DNA of 64,000 nt from Nanobdellota archaeon (GCA_023133595.1 JAGLWF010000005.1:29640-93639), one strand, 5' to 3'. Counted from the first letter of the stretch, positions 31,819 through 41,633 are shown. Notes: generated by a model not told the origin, from the letters alone. A program made the numbers and translations.

Positions 31819-31926
31819 TTAATTCGGCCTGCAACGATCGCAGTATTGTCTGAGTTTATGTTGCACCCGAAAGCGTTTCCCGCACCCCTTGCATGCCTTG
31901 AATTGTTTATAGTTTTTCTTCCCCAT
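31819..31926 (-). CDS. Small zinc-finger protein (35 aa)
   Basis: MGKKNYKQFKACKGCGKRFRVQHKLRQYCDRCRPN*, two CxxC pairs; TATATAAA about 25 nt upstream; below the ORF-track cutoff. Confidence 0.7.
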   Translation of the reverse strand: MGKKNYKQFKACKGCGKRFRVQHKLRQYCDRCRPN

Positions 31927-32033
31927 CTTTTTTCTACTACAGCGTAGTTATTTATATATGTTTTGATTTTGTAGTGACTATTTCAGGCATATCAGTAAAG
32001 TTTTTAAATACCTAAACTCCCCATATCCGTATC

Positions 32034-32729
32034 ATGGGGTATCCAGAGCATATAGCTATAATTCTTGACGGCAATAGACGATTCGCTAAAAAGCTGATGA
32101 CCCAGCCTTGGAAAGGCCACGAATGGGGTGCAGGAAAAGTCAGGAAAGTATGCAACTGGGCAAGAGAAATCGGTATCAAAAAATTGACATTATGGGGATT
32201 TTCCACTGATAATTTCAACAGGCCTAAAAGAGAGTTTGACTACATCATCAAAGTCTTTGACAAGGAGATAGAATATCTGCTTAATGATCCAGAAGTTGTA
32301 AAGAATAAAATCAACATCAGGTTTATCGGAAAGATAGAGATGTTTCCAGAATCTCTTCAGGAAAAAATGAAGAAGCTCATGGAAAAAACAAAAGATCACA
32401 ATAAATTTCAGATTTACATTGCCTTGGCATACGGTGGAAAACCAGAATTGATTGATGCCTGCCAAAAGCTTGCAACTGATGTCCAGCTGGGAAAACTCAA
32501 GCCCGAAGAGATAAACGAGGATAAATTCGAAGAATATCTCTACATGCGTGATGCTCCAGACCTTATCATAAGGACAGGAGGGGATCACAGAACTTCAGGT
32601 TTCTTGCCATGGCAGGGAGCATATTCAGAATATCTTTTCATGGACAAATGCTGGCCAGAGTTTGAAAAAGAGGACCTTCTTAATGCTATCAACGAGTTTT
32701 CTGAAAGAGAAAGAAGATTCGGCAAATAA
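32034..32729 (+). CDS. uppS: cis-prenyltransferase (polyprenyl diphosphate synthase)
   Basis: HIAIILDGNRR, FSTDNFNRP, YGGK, DLIIRTGG..RTSGFLPWQ, ERRFGK. Confidence 0.95.
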   Translation: MGYPEHIAIILDGNRRFAKKLMTQPWKGHEWGAGKVRKVCNWAREIGIKKLTLWGFSTDNFNRPKREFDYIIKVFDKEIEYLLNDPEVVKNKINIRFIGKIEMFPESLQEKMKKLMEKTKDHNKFQIYIALAYGGKPELIDACQKLATDVQLGKLKPEEINEDKFEEYLYMRDAPDLIIRTGGDHRTSGFLPWQGAYSEYLFMDKCWPEFEKEDLLNAINEFSERERRFGK

Positions 32730-32745
32730 ATAAGAGTTGAGATTC

Positions 32746-33882
32746 ATGTACGATGTCATAATTGTAGGTGCAGGTCCAGCTGGATTAATGGCTGCGAGGC
32801 AATTGAAAGGTCTTAATTTTCTATGTATTGATAAAAAAAAGAAGATAGGGCATCCGTTGCAATGCGGAGAAGGAGTGAGAGAGAAAGATTTTCTGGATAT
32901 ATTCAATCACTCAAATTATAAATTCATCGAGAAAAGGATCAGGAATCATGCTTTTGCATTCAACAACTACAAGCGTAGGTTCAAACATGGTTATTTCCAG
33001 TTAAATCGGCCGAAGTTTGAAGAATGGCTTGCAGAACCGATAAAAAAGAACATAAAATTGAATATAGAAGTAAAAGACATAAGGATAAAAAAGGATTTTG
33101 TCGAGATAAAGACAAACATAAAGATGTACCAGGCAAAATTATGCATATTGTGCCACGGTCCAAATTTCAAGCTGCAGAAAAAACTAGGTCTGATCAAAAA
33201 CAATCCTCCAATAGGTATATGTTATGGCGGGATTTTCAGGACAAAGCAAAAATTGAACGATGAATTTTTCTATGCTTTTGATAACAAGATCGGTTTAGGA
33301 TACTTCTGGTTGTTTCCAAAGAAAGACAATCTAATAAACATAGGTTTTGGAGGTCTGAACAATCCTAAAAAAAATTTTGATTATTTCAAAAAGAAATTCG
33401 CAAAAGATGCAAGAGCAAAATACATCTACGGAGGGATCATTCCATTGTCAGGTCCGATAGAGAAGACATATGACAATAGAATCCTAGCGTGTGGTGATGC
33501 TGCGGGTTTTGTGTTTGCATTCTCAGGAGAAGGGATAAAATATGCCTTGCTATCAGGAATGTATGCGGGAAAAGTTGCAAAAGAAGCATGCAAAAGACAA
33601 AGATTTGATAGACAATTTCTTGCAAAGTACAAGACATTATGGCAAAGAAAGTTCGGAGAAGAACTGGAAGCTGGTATCCTGCTCCAAGAGATTGCAAAAA
33701 AAGTCATGAGTTATTCAAAAGATCCAAAAAATCTATTGAAGGTTCCGACTAACAGGGAACTGGCAATGGTACTTGACGGAAGAATTCCAAGACGTGTAAG
33801 GCTTGTATTCAAGATATTGAAGATCCAGAATAGAACAATAAAAAATTCATTAAAGTTTATCCTAAAAAAAATATCTTTCTAA
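32746..33882 (+). CDS. Geranylgeranyl reductase-family FAD oxidoreductase
   Basis: GAGPAG, PLQCGEG, GYFWLFPK, GDAAG..F.GEGI. Confidence 0.88.
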   Translation: MYDVIIVGAGPAGLMAARQLKGLNFLCIDKKKKIGHPLQCGEGVREKDFLDIFNHSNYKFIEKRIRNHAFAFNNYKRRFKHGYFQLNRPKFEEWLAEPIKKNIKLNIEVKDIRIKKDFVEIKTNIKMYQAKLCILCHGPNFKLQKKLGLIKNNPPIGICYGGIFRTKQKLNDEFFYAFDNKIGLGYFWLFPKKDNLINIGFGGLNNPKKNFDYFKKKFAKDARAKYIYGGIIPLSGPIEKTYDNRILACGDAAGFVFAFSGEGIKYALLSGMYAGKVAKEACKRQRFDRQFLAKYKTLWQRKFGEELEAGILLQEIAKKVMSYSKDPKNLLKVPTNRELAMVLDGRIPRRVRLVFKILKIQNRTIKNSLKFILKKISF

Positions 33883-34688
33883 AGCAACCATACTGCAAAG
33901 CCTATCAATACTGTGGCGCACGTAAGATAGAACATTAGTTTTGCTTTCTGCGGCCTGACAAGAGCGATAATATAGAAGAGTACGCTCAAAAGGATGATAG
34001 TGCTTGTCTCTATTCCAAATTTTCCAACCAGAAATGCCAGTAGCGAACAGAATATTGCAAACACAGTTGTAAATATCTGCCCGAACTTTGTTGCGATTGT
34101 TCTGTGCTTCACAATCTTATCATATTTTCGGTCAGCAACTGCTCCCATTGCATGCAGTCCAAGGATGAACAAAAGGAAGACATAAATCTTGAAGGGAATC
34201 AATAGGATTGATTTGTTCAATACAAAAGCCATAGCCAATACGAAAAAGATGATCACAGCATTTGATAAAGAGTCAATGATTGGTAATTCCTTGAATCTTA
34301 TTGGCGATGCTGAATAAAAGTACGATAAGATCAAGACAAGGAAACATAAAAAAATATGGACAAAATTCATGCTGAAGAATGATGTTATCAGCAGAGGTAG
34401 TGCTGCAAAAAAGCTGAGTACGTAAACTGTTTTCAGCTCTTTTTTCTTTAATCGAGCTCCTCCAAGAAAAGATCCTTTCCTTGGATTTAACTTATCACTC
34501 TCATAATCAAAAACATCATTTATCCCAAACAAAAATAAGCAGTAAGGAAACGTGAAAAAGATCAGCTCCAATATTATCAATGGAGTAAGTATGATATCTC
34601 CTGCTAATTTCAGACCGATAAGAAAAACAATGATCGGCGCGATATAAAAAAAAGGACGGCTTATCTTGATAAGCCGCAGAAATTTCAT
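33879..34688 (-). CDS. UbiA-family prenyltransferase, lycopene elongase (CrtEb/LyeJ)-like
   Basis: SRP, GINDVFDYESDKLNPRKG, YSASPIRFKE, HAMGAVAD..D....TIAT; multi-TM. Confidence 0.8.
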   Translation of the reverse strand: MKFLRLIKISRPFFYIAPIIVFLIGLKLAGDIILTPLIILELIFFTFPYCLFLFGINDVFDYESDKLNPRKGSFLGGARLKKKELKTVYVLSFFAALPLLITSFFSMNFVHIFLCFLVLILSYFYSASPIRFKELPIIDSLSNAVIIFFVLAMAFVLNKSILLIPFKIYVFLLFILGLHAMGAVADRKYDKIVKHRTIATKFGQIFTTVFAIFCSLLAFLVGKFGIETSTIILLSVLFYIIALVRPQKAKLMFYLTCATVLIGFAVWLL

Positions 34689-34690
34689 TT

Positions 34691-35443
34691 TTACTTCTTT
34701 GCTGGAGCCGGGGCTGCTGCTTCTTTCTTCTCGCCAACAACAACAATACCAGCCTCTGTCATTGTCTTCTCAATTATAGTCGGTGGAATCTTTGCTTCGA
34801 CAAGAGCTGCTTTTATCTTTTTAGGCTCTTTGTTCTTATTCAGCGTGATTATTTCTTTTGCTTTGGCTTCCAGCTGTTTTCTTCTCTCTTCAAGATCTGC
34901 CTGCAGTTTCTTCTTCTCTTCTTCTAGTGCTTTCAGTTCTTCTGCTGTAAGCTCTGTCTTTTCTGCTTTGATCTGTTCATCAAATTGACCTTCCTGTATC
35001 GCTTTCAATGCTTCTGGTGCAGTTTTTCCTTCTACAAGAACACCCATGCTCTGGCAAGTCCCCACAATTTCTCTTACTTTTTGTTTTAGATCTTTGCCAA
35101 GAAGCGCATCCTCTTTCATCTTTGCAATCTTAATGATCTGCTCAATCCGTAGATCTGCAACCTTGTCCAATAATGGATTTCCAGAACCTTTTGTAATACC
35201 AGCTTCTTTCTTGATTAGAGCTGCTGCTGGTGGAGTTCCGATCTCAATCTCAAATTCTTTAGTATCAGAATCAACAATGACTTTGATAGGCACCTGCATT
35301 CCTTTGAAGCTTTTTGTTTTTTCATTGATGGCTGCGACTACTTGTCCAATATTGACTTTCAGCGGACCTAGGGCAGGTCCTAGTGGGGGTGCTGCAGTTG
35401 CTTTTCCTCCTTCAATCAAAGCTTCAACAATCTCTTTTGCCAT
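34691..35443 (-). CDS. rpl11: 50S ribosomal protein L11 with long C-terminal extension
   Basis: GGKATAAPPLGPALGP, GMQVPI, GTCQSMGV; about 90 extra aa. Confidence 0.95.
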   Translation of the reverse strand: MAKEIVEALIEGGKATAAPPLGPALGPLKVNIGQVVAAINEKTKSFKGMQVPIKVIVDSDTKEFEIEIGTPPAAALIKKEAGITKGSGNPLLDKVADLRIEQIIKIAKMKEDALLGKDLKQKVREIVGTCQSMGVLVEGKTAPEALKAIQEGQFDEQIKAEKTELTAEELKALEEEKKKLQADLEERRKQLEAKAKEIITLNKNKEPKKIKAALVEAKIPPTIIEKTMTEAGIVVVGEKKEAAAPAPAKK

Positions 35444-35554
35444 CTTCTACTGAAAAAAACTGGCTGGTATTTATAAAGGCTTCGTTCTTTGAGGTCTGCT
35501 GAAATCTCCAGCAAAAAGTATATAAAGCCAGGGTATATTGTTCTAAATCATCAA

Positions 35555-37243
35555 ATGGGGGGCCAATTTAAGCTATCAGAGAACACTATTCTTTTCATCA
35601 TATTAGTTATTTTCTCGGCAATTGCATTTTTCTACATCTTGAATTTTTTTACTGAAGGTGAATTCAACACAGGACACCCTCCAGTCTCAACCACATATGA
35701 TAATATTTACCATCCTGCGTTTTCAATTGGAGCATATAAAAGTGGATATCCCCAGTTCTATCCTGAAAACTGGGTTGGAGTCACGGATGCTGTCTCAGTA
35801 TCTCCATTGATGTACTATACTTCGTTATCTTCTTTTATGCATTTGAATACAATAAGTCCGTATGATACTTCTTTGATATATGTCATCATATTGAAAATAT
35901 TCACACTTCTCGGATTTTTTATCATCTTAAGAAAAATATTCAATCTGAATATTGCTCTGATAACACTAGCTTTTTCAGCCATTATTCCTTTTGAATTATT
36001 TTTTCTTTTTATGTTCGGATTCACTTTAGATATCACAGCTGTATTTTTTCTGCCAGCAGCATTCTTTGCATTTTTATTATTAGTTGAAGCAAAAACAAAC
36101 ACGATAAGATATTTATCAGCTGGATTGATTGGTCTTCTGATTGCTGGGTCTTTTCAGAGTCACATTGTTGAATCTTTTTTCTTTACTATCTTTTTAGCAC
36201 TATGTTGCCTATATCTGTTCCAGACAAAAAAAATCAATTTGAGCTACATTAAATCTGGGATTGTTGCGATATGCATCTTCATCTTAGGGATATTCTGGTT
36301 CTATCCTGTCTTTCGTTTTGAAATGCTGAAAATCAAATTAGGATCAGGGTTAATCATCCATGCGTTTAAAGAAGATCCATTTAGATCATATTTTTTTCAT
36401 TTACCCTTTAGTGCTTTATTGATAATCTTGAGCATACTTGGAATATTAATATTTATATCTCAAAGAAAAGATATGCAGAACAAATCATTAAAAAATATTA
36501 TTTTCGTAATTCCATTATTTTGGCTCGCTGTAGTTTTTTCATATAAAATTGGATTTAGTTCTAACTATGTATATCGGACTGGATTCGGGTTCTGGCCGAT
36601 ATTTTATCTCTACATCGCAATTCTGATTGTCGCATTGATCAATATTCTCTTTAAGCAAAAGAGATTTGCAGTGACAGTTATCTGTTGCATAATAATCATT
36701 TCTGGAAGCTGGTGGATGTATAAAACTCCTGGACACCATCAAGGGATGTATAATCCTGAGATGTGGGAATCCATAACATGGATCAGGGATAACACTCCAC
36801 AAAATGCAGTTGTCTTCTCATTAAACCCTTATCACCACGGATTTGAGATGTTCAATGAAAAGATCGCTATGAATGGGGATCTTTTCACAGAGACAAACAG
36901 AAGAAACCTGGAGGCATTATGCCAGGGAAAATATCCTGAAAAATTTGAAAACCAGCATTCAATCACTCCTTCAGTTCACAGGCTAGGATGGAATAAATTC
37001 GAGCAAAAAGAGATCAGTTTCATAGTTGCAGACGGAACAAAAGTATATGTCAATGAATCATATTCCAATGCTTGGCCAGTAACACGTGCGGATTATATCG
37101 TCCTTCAACATCAAGGAATAGAATATAAACCATGCATTGATTTCTTCATAGAAGAGACAAAGAAAAGAGGATTTTCAATCGTATGGCAAAATCAACATTA
37201 TATTATTATGCAAAATGACAACTCAGTTAAAATCATTCATTAA
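35555..37243 (+). CDS. Multi-pass membrane glycosyltransferase-like protein (GT-C/STT3-like architecture)
   Basis: About 11 TM segments, DNIYH in first loop, C-terminal soluble domain WESITWIRDNTPQNAVV; probable start ATG 35555. Confidence 0.6.
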   Translation: MGGQFKLSENTILFIILVIFSAIAFFYILNFFTEGEFNTGHPPVSTTYDNIYHPAFSIGAYKSGYPQFYPENWVGVTDAVSVSPLMYYTSLSSFMHLNTISPYDTSLIYVIILKIFTLLGFFIILRKIFNLNIALITLAFSAIIPFELFFLFMFGFTLDITAVFFLPAAFFAFLLLVEAKTNTIRYLSAGLIGLLIAGSFQSHIVESFFFTIFLALCCLYLFQTKKINLSYIKSGIVAICIFILGIFWFYPVFRFEMLKIKLGSGLIIHAFKEDPFRSYFFHLPFSALLIILSILGILIFISQRKDMQNKSLKNIIFVIPLFWLAVVFSYKIGFSSNYVYRTGFGFWPIFYLYIAILIVALINILFKQKRFAVTVICCIIIISGSWWMYKTPGHHQGMYNPEMWESITWIRDNTPQNAVVFSLNPYHHGFEMFNEKIAMNGDLFTETNRRNLEALCQGKYPEKFENQHSITPSVHRLGWNKFEQKEISFIVADGTKVYVNESYSNAWPVTRADYIVLQHQGIEYKPCIDFFIEETKKRGFSIVWQNQHYIIMQNDNSVKIIH

Positions 37244-37607
37244 GGAAGAATTCCAGCCATTAGGTATCTTTTTGTTAGGAATAATGTTAGTGATGATACT
37301 ATTATTCATAATCACAGGAGCAAAAAATAGTTTTGCAGATCTGCTTGTCTTAGGAATAGCCGTCTTCTTGTTCTTTGAATTTCCAGGTTATTTCTTTCTA
37401 CATCCATTGAAACTAAATGTCCTAGAAAGAACAGTACTGGCTGCGCCTGTCAGTGTTGCATTCAATACAATCCTGTTTTATTTCATCAGCTCTGCATTCT
37501 TAGTCAGAATCTCAGCCTCATTCATCCTTATATTCATAGTGATTGTTTCACTAGCCGCATTGATCTTAATGTATAAATACTATTACAAAAAAAGAATTAC
37601 GCAGTAG
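37215..37607 (+). CDS. Small membrane protein (4 TM)
   Basis: Hydrophobic, FFEFPGY and LERTVLA motifs; overlaps the previous gene. Confidence 0.65.
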   Translation: MTTQLKSFIKEEFQPLGIFLLGIMLVMILLFIITGAKNSFADLLVLGIAVFLFFEFPGYFFLHPLKLNVLERTVLAAPVSVAFNTILFYFISSAFLVRISASFILIFIVIVSLAALILMYKYYYKKRITQ

Positions 37608-38346
37608 CTTTCCTCTTCTTTTTCAGAAGCTCTACTTCAATCTCTCCAAAATGTTTCTGCTGGTTAAGATTGACTCTTCTTTCATTAGAAAGATGCAGTA
37701 GTGGAATGAACGTGAAAACTTTGCTCTCTTTATCTTCAGATGGTAGAAGCTGTGAAAAAGTCAATGCTTTTTTACCATTTTTCTTGAAGTAATCCTTGAT
37801 CTGGTTATATACTCCGACAATGACTTCAGAAATATCCATTGCATCTGGTAATTGTAATTTTCTCTGCGCAGCTGGAAGTGCACGAACAACCCTTCTCTTT
37901 CTTACATCCATTGCTTTTTCCAGCGCCTCTACTAGATCAAAGACAGAAACTTTTCTTTTCCTAGGTTGTGGCGTCTTTGGGTATAACGGAGTATCACTAT
38001 CTTCCTGCGCAAACAATGGTTCAAGCAGATTAACATCATCGTAATCTTCTGCATAAGCAGCCTGTTCCTGGGTCTGTTGGAATAACCTGTCTAACTGCGC
38101 TAGTTCTTGACCGACCAATCGCTTGGATTTGACTTTCAAAAGTAAAGCAGAAGCAAGAATAACCTTGCCAGAGATCTTCAGGTCTGTAACCTTCATCTTT
38201 CTGACAGAATCTAGGTATGATTTGGCAAGCTTTGAAACATCAATGTCCCATGGATCCATTCCTTCTTGCCGGACCAGCTCCATGAGCAAAGATTGCCATG
38301 TAATCTCATTTTCATCAAATATCAGCTTATAGACTTGCTCTTCCAT
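37597..38346 (-). CDS. scpA: Segregation/condensation protein A (kleisin)
   Basis: MDPWDIDV, ASALLLKVKS, FIPLLHL, QQKHFGEI. Confidence 0.92.
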   Translation of the reverse strand: MEEQVYKLIFDENEITWQSLLMELVRQEGMDPWDIDVSKLAKSYLDSVRKMKVTDLKISGKVILASALLLKVKSKRLVGQELAQLDRLFQQTQEQAAYAEDYDDVNLLEPLFAQEDSDTPLYPKTPQPRKRKVSVFDLVEALEKAMDVRKRRVVRALPAAQRKLQLPDAMDISEVIVGVYNQIKDYFKKNGKKALTFSQLLPSEDKESKVFTFIPLLHLSNERRVNLNQQKHFGEIEVELLKKKRKATA

Positions 38347-38369
38347 GTAGAAAATGTATGTTTTGGGAT

Positions 38370-39473
38370 TTATAAAGCTTTCGGTTTGAGCCTTTTGAGG
38401 AATTCCTGCTTGAAAGTGCTGAATTCGTTGTTTTTAATGGCTGTACGGGCATCTTCTATCATCTTCTGCATAAAATGCAGATTATGGATGGTTGCCAGTC
38501 TCAGACCCAAGGTCTCTTTGACAAAGAGGAGATGTGCTACATACGATCTTGAGAAATTCTTGCAGGTATAGCATTCGCAGCCTTCTTCGATCGGACCATA
38601 ATCGCGTTTGAATGAAGAGATCTTTATCGGCCCGTTCCCTGTGAACAATGTTCCCCTTCTTGCGTTTTTTGTTGGATAGACAGAATCAAAAATATCACAG
38701 CCGATATCAATCGCTTCAAGAATTGTATCAGGTGAACCAAGACCCATAAAATATCTTGGCTTATCTTTATCAATATGCGGCAGCTGCCAGTTTAATGCCT
38801 GCACTGCCTGTTCTTTTGACTCTCCAATTGCCAAGCCACCAAACGCAACACCGTCAAGTTTCATCTCATTAATTTTTTTCGCACTTTTTTCTCTGAGATC
38901 CTTGAAAGTTCCTCCCTGCGTGATCCCAAACAATAGTTGTTTTTCATCAGTATATTTTTTTGCGACAATACAACGCTCTGCCCATGCATGCGTTCTCTTT
39001 ACCGCGCCTGCAATATAATCATAATCCCGTCCATAATGCGGAACATCGTCAAGGCACATTGCAACATCTGCACCCAAACCATGCTGTATCTGGATAGATT
39101 TTTCTGGAGTCAATGTCTGCTTCACACCTGAGAATGGATCCCTGAATCTTATTGCTCTATCATTCAGGTCGACAAGCATTGTCTTGCTCAGAACTTGAAA
39201 ACCACCGCTGTCAGTGAAGATGCATCTGTCAAAGTTCATGTACTTGTGGATGCCACCACCCTGTTTAATAATATCAATCCCTGGTCTTAATGATAAGATA
39301 AATGCATTGCAGATGATTGCATTGACATTCATCCTGTACAATTCTTCTGGCAGCATATTCTTGACTGCGGCCTTAGTGCCGACTGGCATATAGAAAGGAC
39401 TCTCTACTTTGCCGTGCTTTGTATGCAAGACACCGCAACGTGCCCCCCCTGATTCTGCCTTTAATTCAAACAT
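38370..39473 (-). CDS. tgt: tRNA-guanine transglycosylase, bacterial/eukaryotic (queuosine, G34) type
   Basis: MPVGT, TDSGGFQV, QGG, GGLAIGE, PRYFMG, CECYTC...HN Zn site; no archaeal C-terminal PUA extension; start ATG 39473. Confidence 0.93.
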   Translation of the reverse strand: MFELKAESGGARCGVLHTKHGKVESPFYMPVGTKAAVKNMLPEELYRMNVNAIICNAFILSLRPGIDIIKQGGGIHKYMNFDRCIFTDSGGFQVLSKTMLVDLNDRAIRFRDPFSGVKQTLTPEKSIQIQHGLGADVAMCLDDVPHYGRDYDYIAGAVKRTHAWAERCIVAKKYTDEKQLLFGITQGGTFKDLREKSAKKINEMKLDGVAFGGLAIGESKEQAVQALNWQLPHIDKDKPRYFMGLGSPDTILEAIDIGCDIFDSVYPTKNARRGTLFTGNGPIKISSFKRDYGPIEEGCECYTCKNFSRSYVAHLLFVKETLGLRLATIHNLHFMQKMIEDARTAIKNNEFSTFKQEFLKRLKPKAL

Positions 39474-39516
39474 GGATGGTTTTAGAAATAGGCAGTTTAT
39501 ATAATTTGTCACATTT

Positions 39517-39574
39517 CCCTCAAAAATCACAAAATTGTGATTTTTGGGGCCCAAAATACCCAAAGGGTATTTTG
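39517..39574. repeat. Twin-hairpin palindromic element (copy B)
   Basis: CAAAAATCACAA-AA-TTGTGATTTTTG followed by CAAAATACCC-AAA-GGGTATTTTG. Confidence 0.6.
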
Positions 39575-39617
39575 TTGTATCAAAAAACATATAAAGACAG
39601 AAAATGTTCAAGGTACC

Positions 39618-40520
39618 ATGAAAAGAGGATTGATAGTATTGATTTTGATTCTTATGCTTGTTCCAATCTCTATAGCATCAGACGAATACTATCTGCCTGG
39701 AGAGGAGCCAGAACAACCAACTGTTCAAGAACAAGCTCCAGTTGTATCAACAACAGCACAAGAAAAACAGATAGTGGTTGATAACTATTACCAAATAATA
39801 GATCTATCAAAGGCAGGATTAAATTTCTGCAGAAAAAAAGAGCACGCGTCTGCAATAGAAAAATTGAATGAAGCGCACGAGCTTGCAAATGATCTCGAAT
39901 ACGTTAACAGTGCATTTAAGAGATTGACTACTCTCTTGAAAGTCTGGATTTTATGTGCCAGTTACCAGGAAGAAAGTGATGATCAGGTTGATTATATCCT
40001 AGGAGCTGGAAGAACAACAGAAAGTGCAATGGAAAAAGCAGAGGCTTATATCCAAGCCCACAATATCCGCGCTGCCCAGATGTTTTTTATCACAGCTGGT
40101 TCCTGGGAAAAGATGAGGTACCGGGGAAGAAATCTGGAAACACCTTATGATCAAAAATATACTTGCGAGATGGAACTGTATTGTCTTGAAAAAGCAAAAG
40201 AGCTTGAGTTTCCGCAGGCAGACGCAGCACTCAACAAACTGGCATCGTCAGGAGAGTGCGAAGGTTTCTCAGCAGTTGCTCCAGAAGAACAAGCACCAAT
40301 AAGAACAGAAGAAGAGCAGGAAATATTTGAAGAGCTGCTTGAACCAAAAGCTGAAGAAGTAAAACCAGAACCACAAGAACCAACAGTAGAAGTTGAAGAA
40401 AAAGTACCAGCACCGACAGAATCAAAAAAGCTTTCACTTCTCTTTGCTATAATATCAATCTTTGCGATCATTTTTATTATCTGCGCAGTCATTCTGATTT
40501 TAAAGAAAAAGTATTCTTAA
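39618..40520 (+). CDS. Secreted helical protein with C-terminal membrane anchor
   Basis: Signal peptide MKRGLIVL...SIA, helical core, E/P-rich linker, C-terminal TM plus KKK. Confidence 0.75.
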   Translation: MKRGLIVLILILMLVPISIASDEYYLPGEEPEQPTVQEQAPVVSTTAQEKQIVVDNYYQIIDLSKAGLNFCRKKEHASAIEKLNEAHELANDLEYVNSAFKRLTTLLKVWILCASYQEESDDQVDYILGAGRTTESAMEKAEAYIQAHNIRAAQMFFITAGSWEKMRYRGRNLETPYDQKYTCEMELYCLEKAKELEFPQADAALNKLASSGECEGFSAVAPEEQAPIRTEEEQEIFEELLEPKAEEVKPEPQEPTVEVEEKVPAPTESKKLSLLFAIISIFAIIFIICAVILILKKKYS

Positions 40521-40523
40521 GGA

Positions 40524-40594
40524 TGCGCCGACCGGGAATCGAACCCGGGCCAGACCCGTGGCAGGGGTCTATTGTACCACTCAACCACCGGCGC
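40524..40594 (-). tRNA. tRNA-Gly(GCC)
   Basis: GCGCCGG acceptor, GACCC-CT-GCC-AC-GGGTC anticodon arm, TTCGATT T-loop; no encoded CCA. Confidence 0.97.
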
Positions 40595-40643
40595 GTGATA
40601 TTCTGAAAAATATACAGACTATATATAAACCTAATGGAGAAAT

Positions 40644-41588
40644 CTATTCAGGCGCTTTTATCTGGCCTTCTACTGTGATGATTGCTGAAGGTTTTGCTTT
40701 TGTCTCGACTTTTATCCTTCCTGTTGAATCTGCAGTGGTTGTTATTTCTGCTTCAAGCTCTGTTCCGCTCGGATCATAGACTTTGATTATGACTTCTGAA
40801 TCAGGTACAAAGATCCCAAGCGATGAGACTTGTCCTCTTTCATTCACAAAGATGTCATCACCTTCAACATATTCAGAAGCATCAAAGCTTTGTGTGATAT
40901 CATCGTAAGTTGTTGGGTTGAAGCCTAATTCCAGTTCTGTATTGTCTGGAATACCGTCACCATCACTGTCTGCTTTCAGTGGATTTGTACCAAGGGCAAT
41001 TTCAAGTGCATCTATCAATCCGTCCCCGTCAAAATCATCAAGCGGAATGTTCAATGTTGTTGAGACATAATCATTGAATGCTGCAATCTCTTCTTTGTCA
41101 ATAATTCCGTCACCATTTGCATCAATCAGATCAGTCAAAGGTGTTTGTGATTCATCTTCAGGAGTCTCTGGATCGTCAGCAGGAACAGGATAATATTTTT
41201 TTGTCTTTGGATCAGGCACTTTCTTGTATTTTGGCGGTTCCTTTTTTGGCGGTTCTGGTATTGGTTCTAGTTTTGGTAGTTCTTCTTTTTTAATTTTTTC
41301 AGGAACTTTCAGGAATATTTTTCCTAGATGTTCATATTGAACAAACGGAACCTGTTTTATCACACCGCGCATCTCTATGACTTCTCTTCCAGGAACAATC
41401 ACAGATTCGTACTCTTGCGCAAAAGCAGCTTCAAAACCAAGCAAAATTCCGCCTCCGATCGGAAGAGCGCTCAATGCTTCCATGATTGAATCTGTTTTTC
41501 TCTGCTCTGCATCTGCCTGTGCAAACACAAGACTAGAACATAGTATAAACATCAGCATGAACGTAATTAGCTTCTTCATCATCACCAT
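40644..41588 (-). CDS. Secreted protein with Ca-binding DxDxDG (TSP3/EF-hand-like) motifs
   Basis: Signal peptide; DANGDG, DFDGDGLID, GTNPLKADSDGDGIPD. Confidence 0.75.
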   Translation of the reverse strand: MVMMKKLITFMLMFILCSSLVFAQADAEQRKTDSIMEALSALPIGGGILLGFEAAFAQEYESVIVPGREVIEMRGVIKQVPFVQYEHLGKIFLKVPEKIKKEELPKLEPIPEPPKKEPPKYKKVPDPKTKKYYPVPADDPETPEDESQTPLTDLIDANGDGIIDKEEIAAFNDYVSTTLNIPLDDFDGDGLIDALEIALGTNPLKADSDGDGIPDNTELELGFNPTTYDDITQSFDASEYVEGDDIFVNERGQVSSLGIFVPDSEVIIKVYDPSGTELEAEITTTADSTGRIKVETKAKPSAIITVEGQIKAPE

Positions 41589-41633
41589 TTATCGACAAAG
41601 AATTCTCCTATATAAATTTAATGAAAAAAAGAG

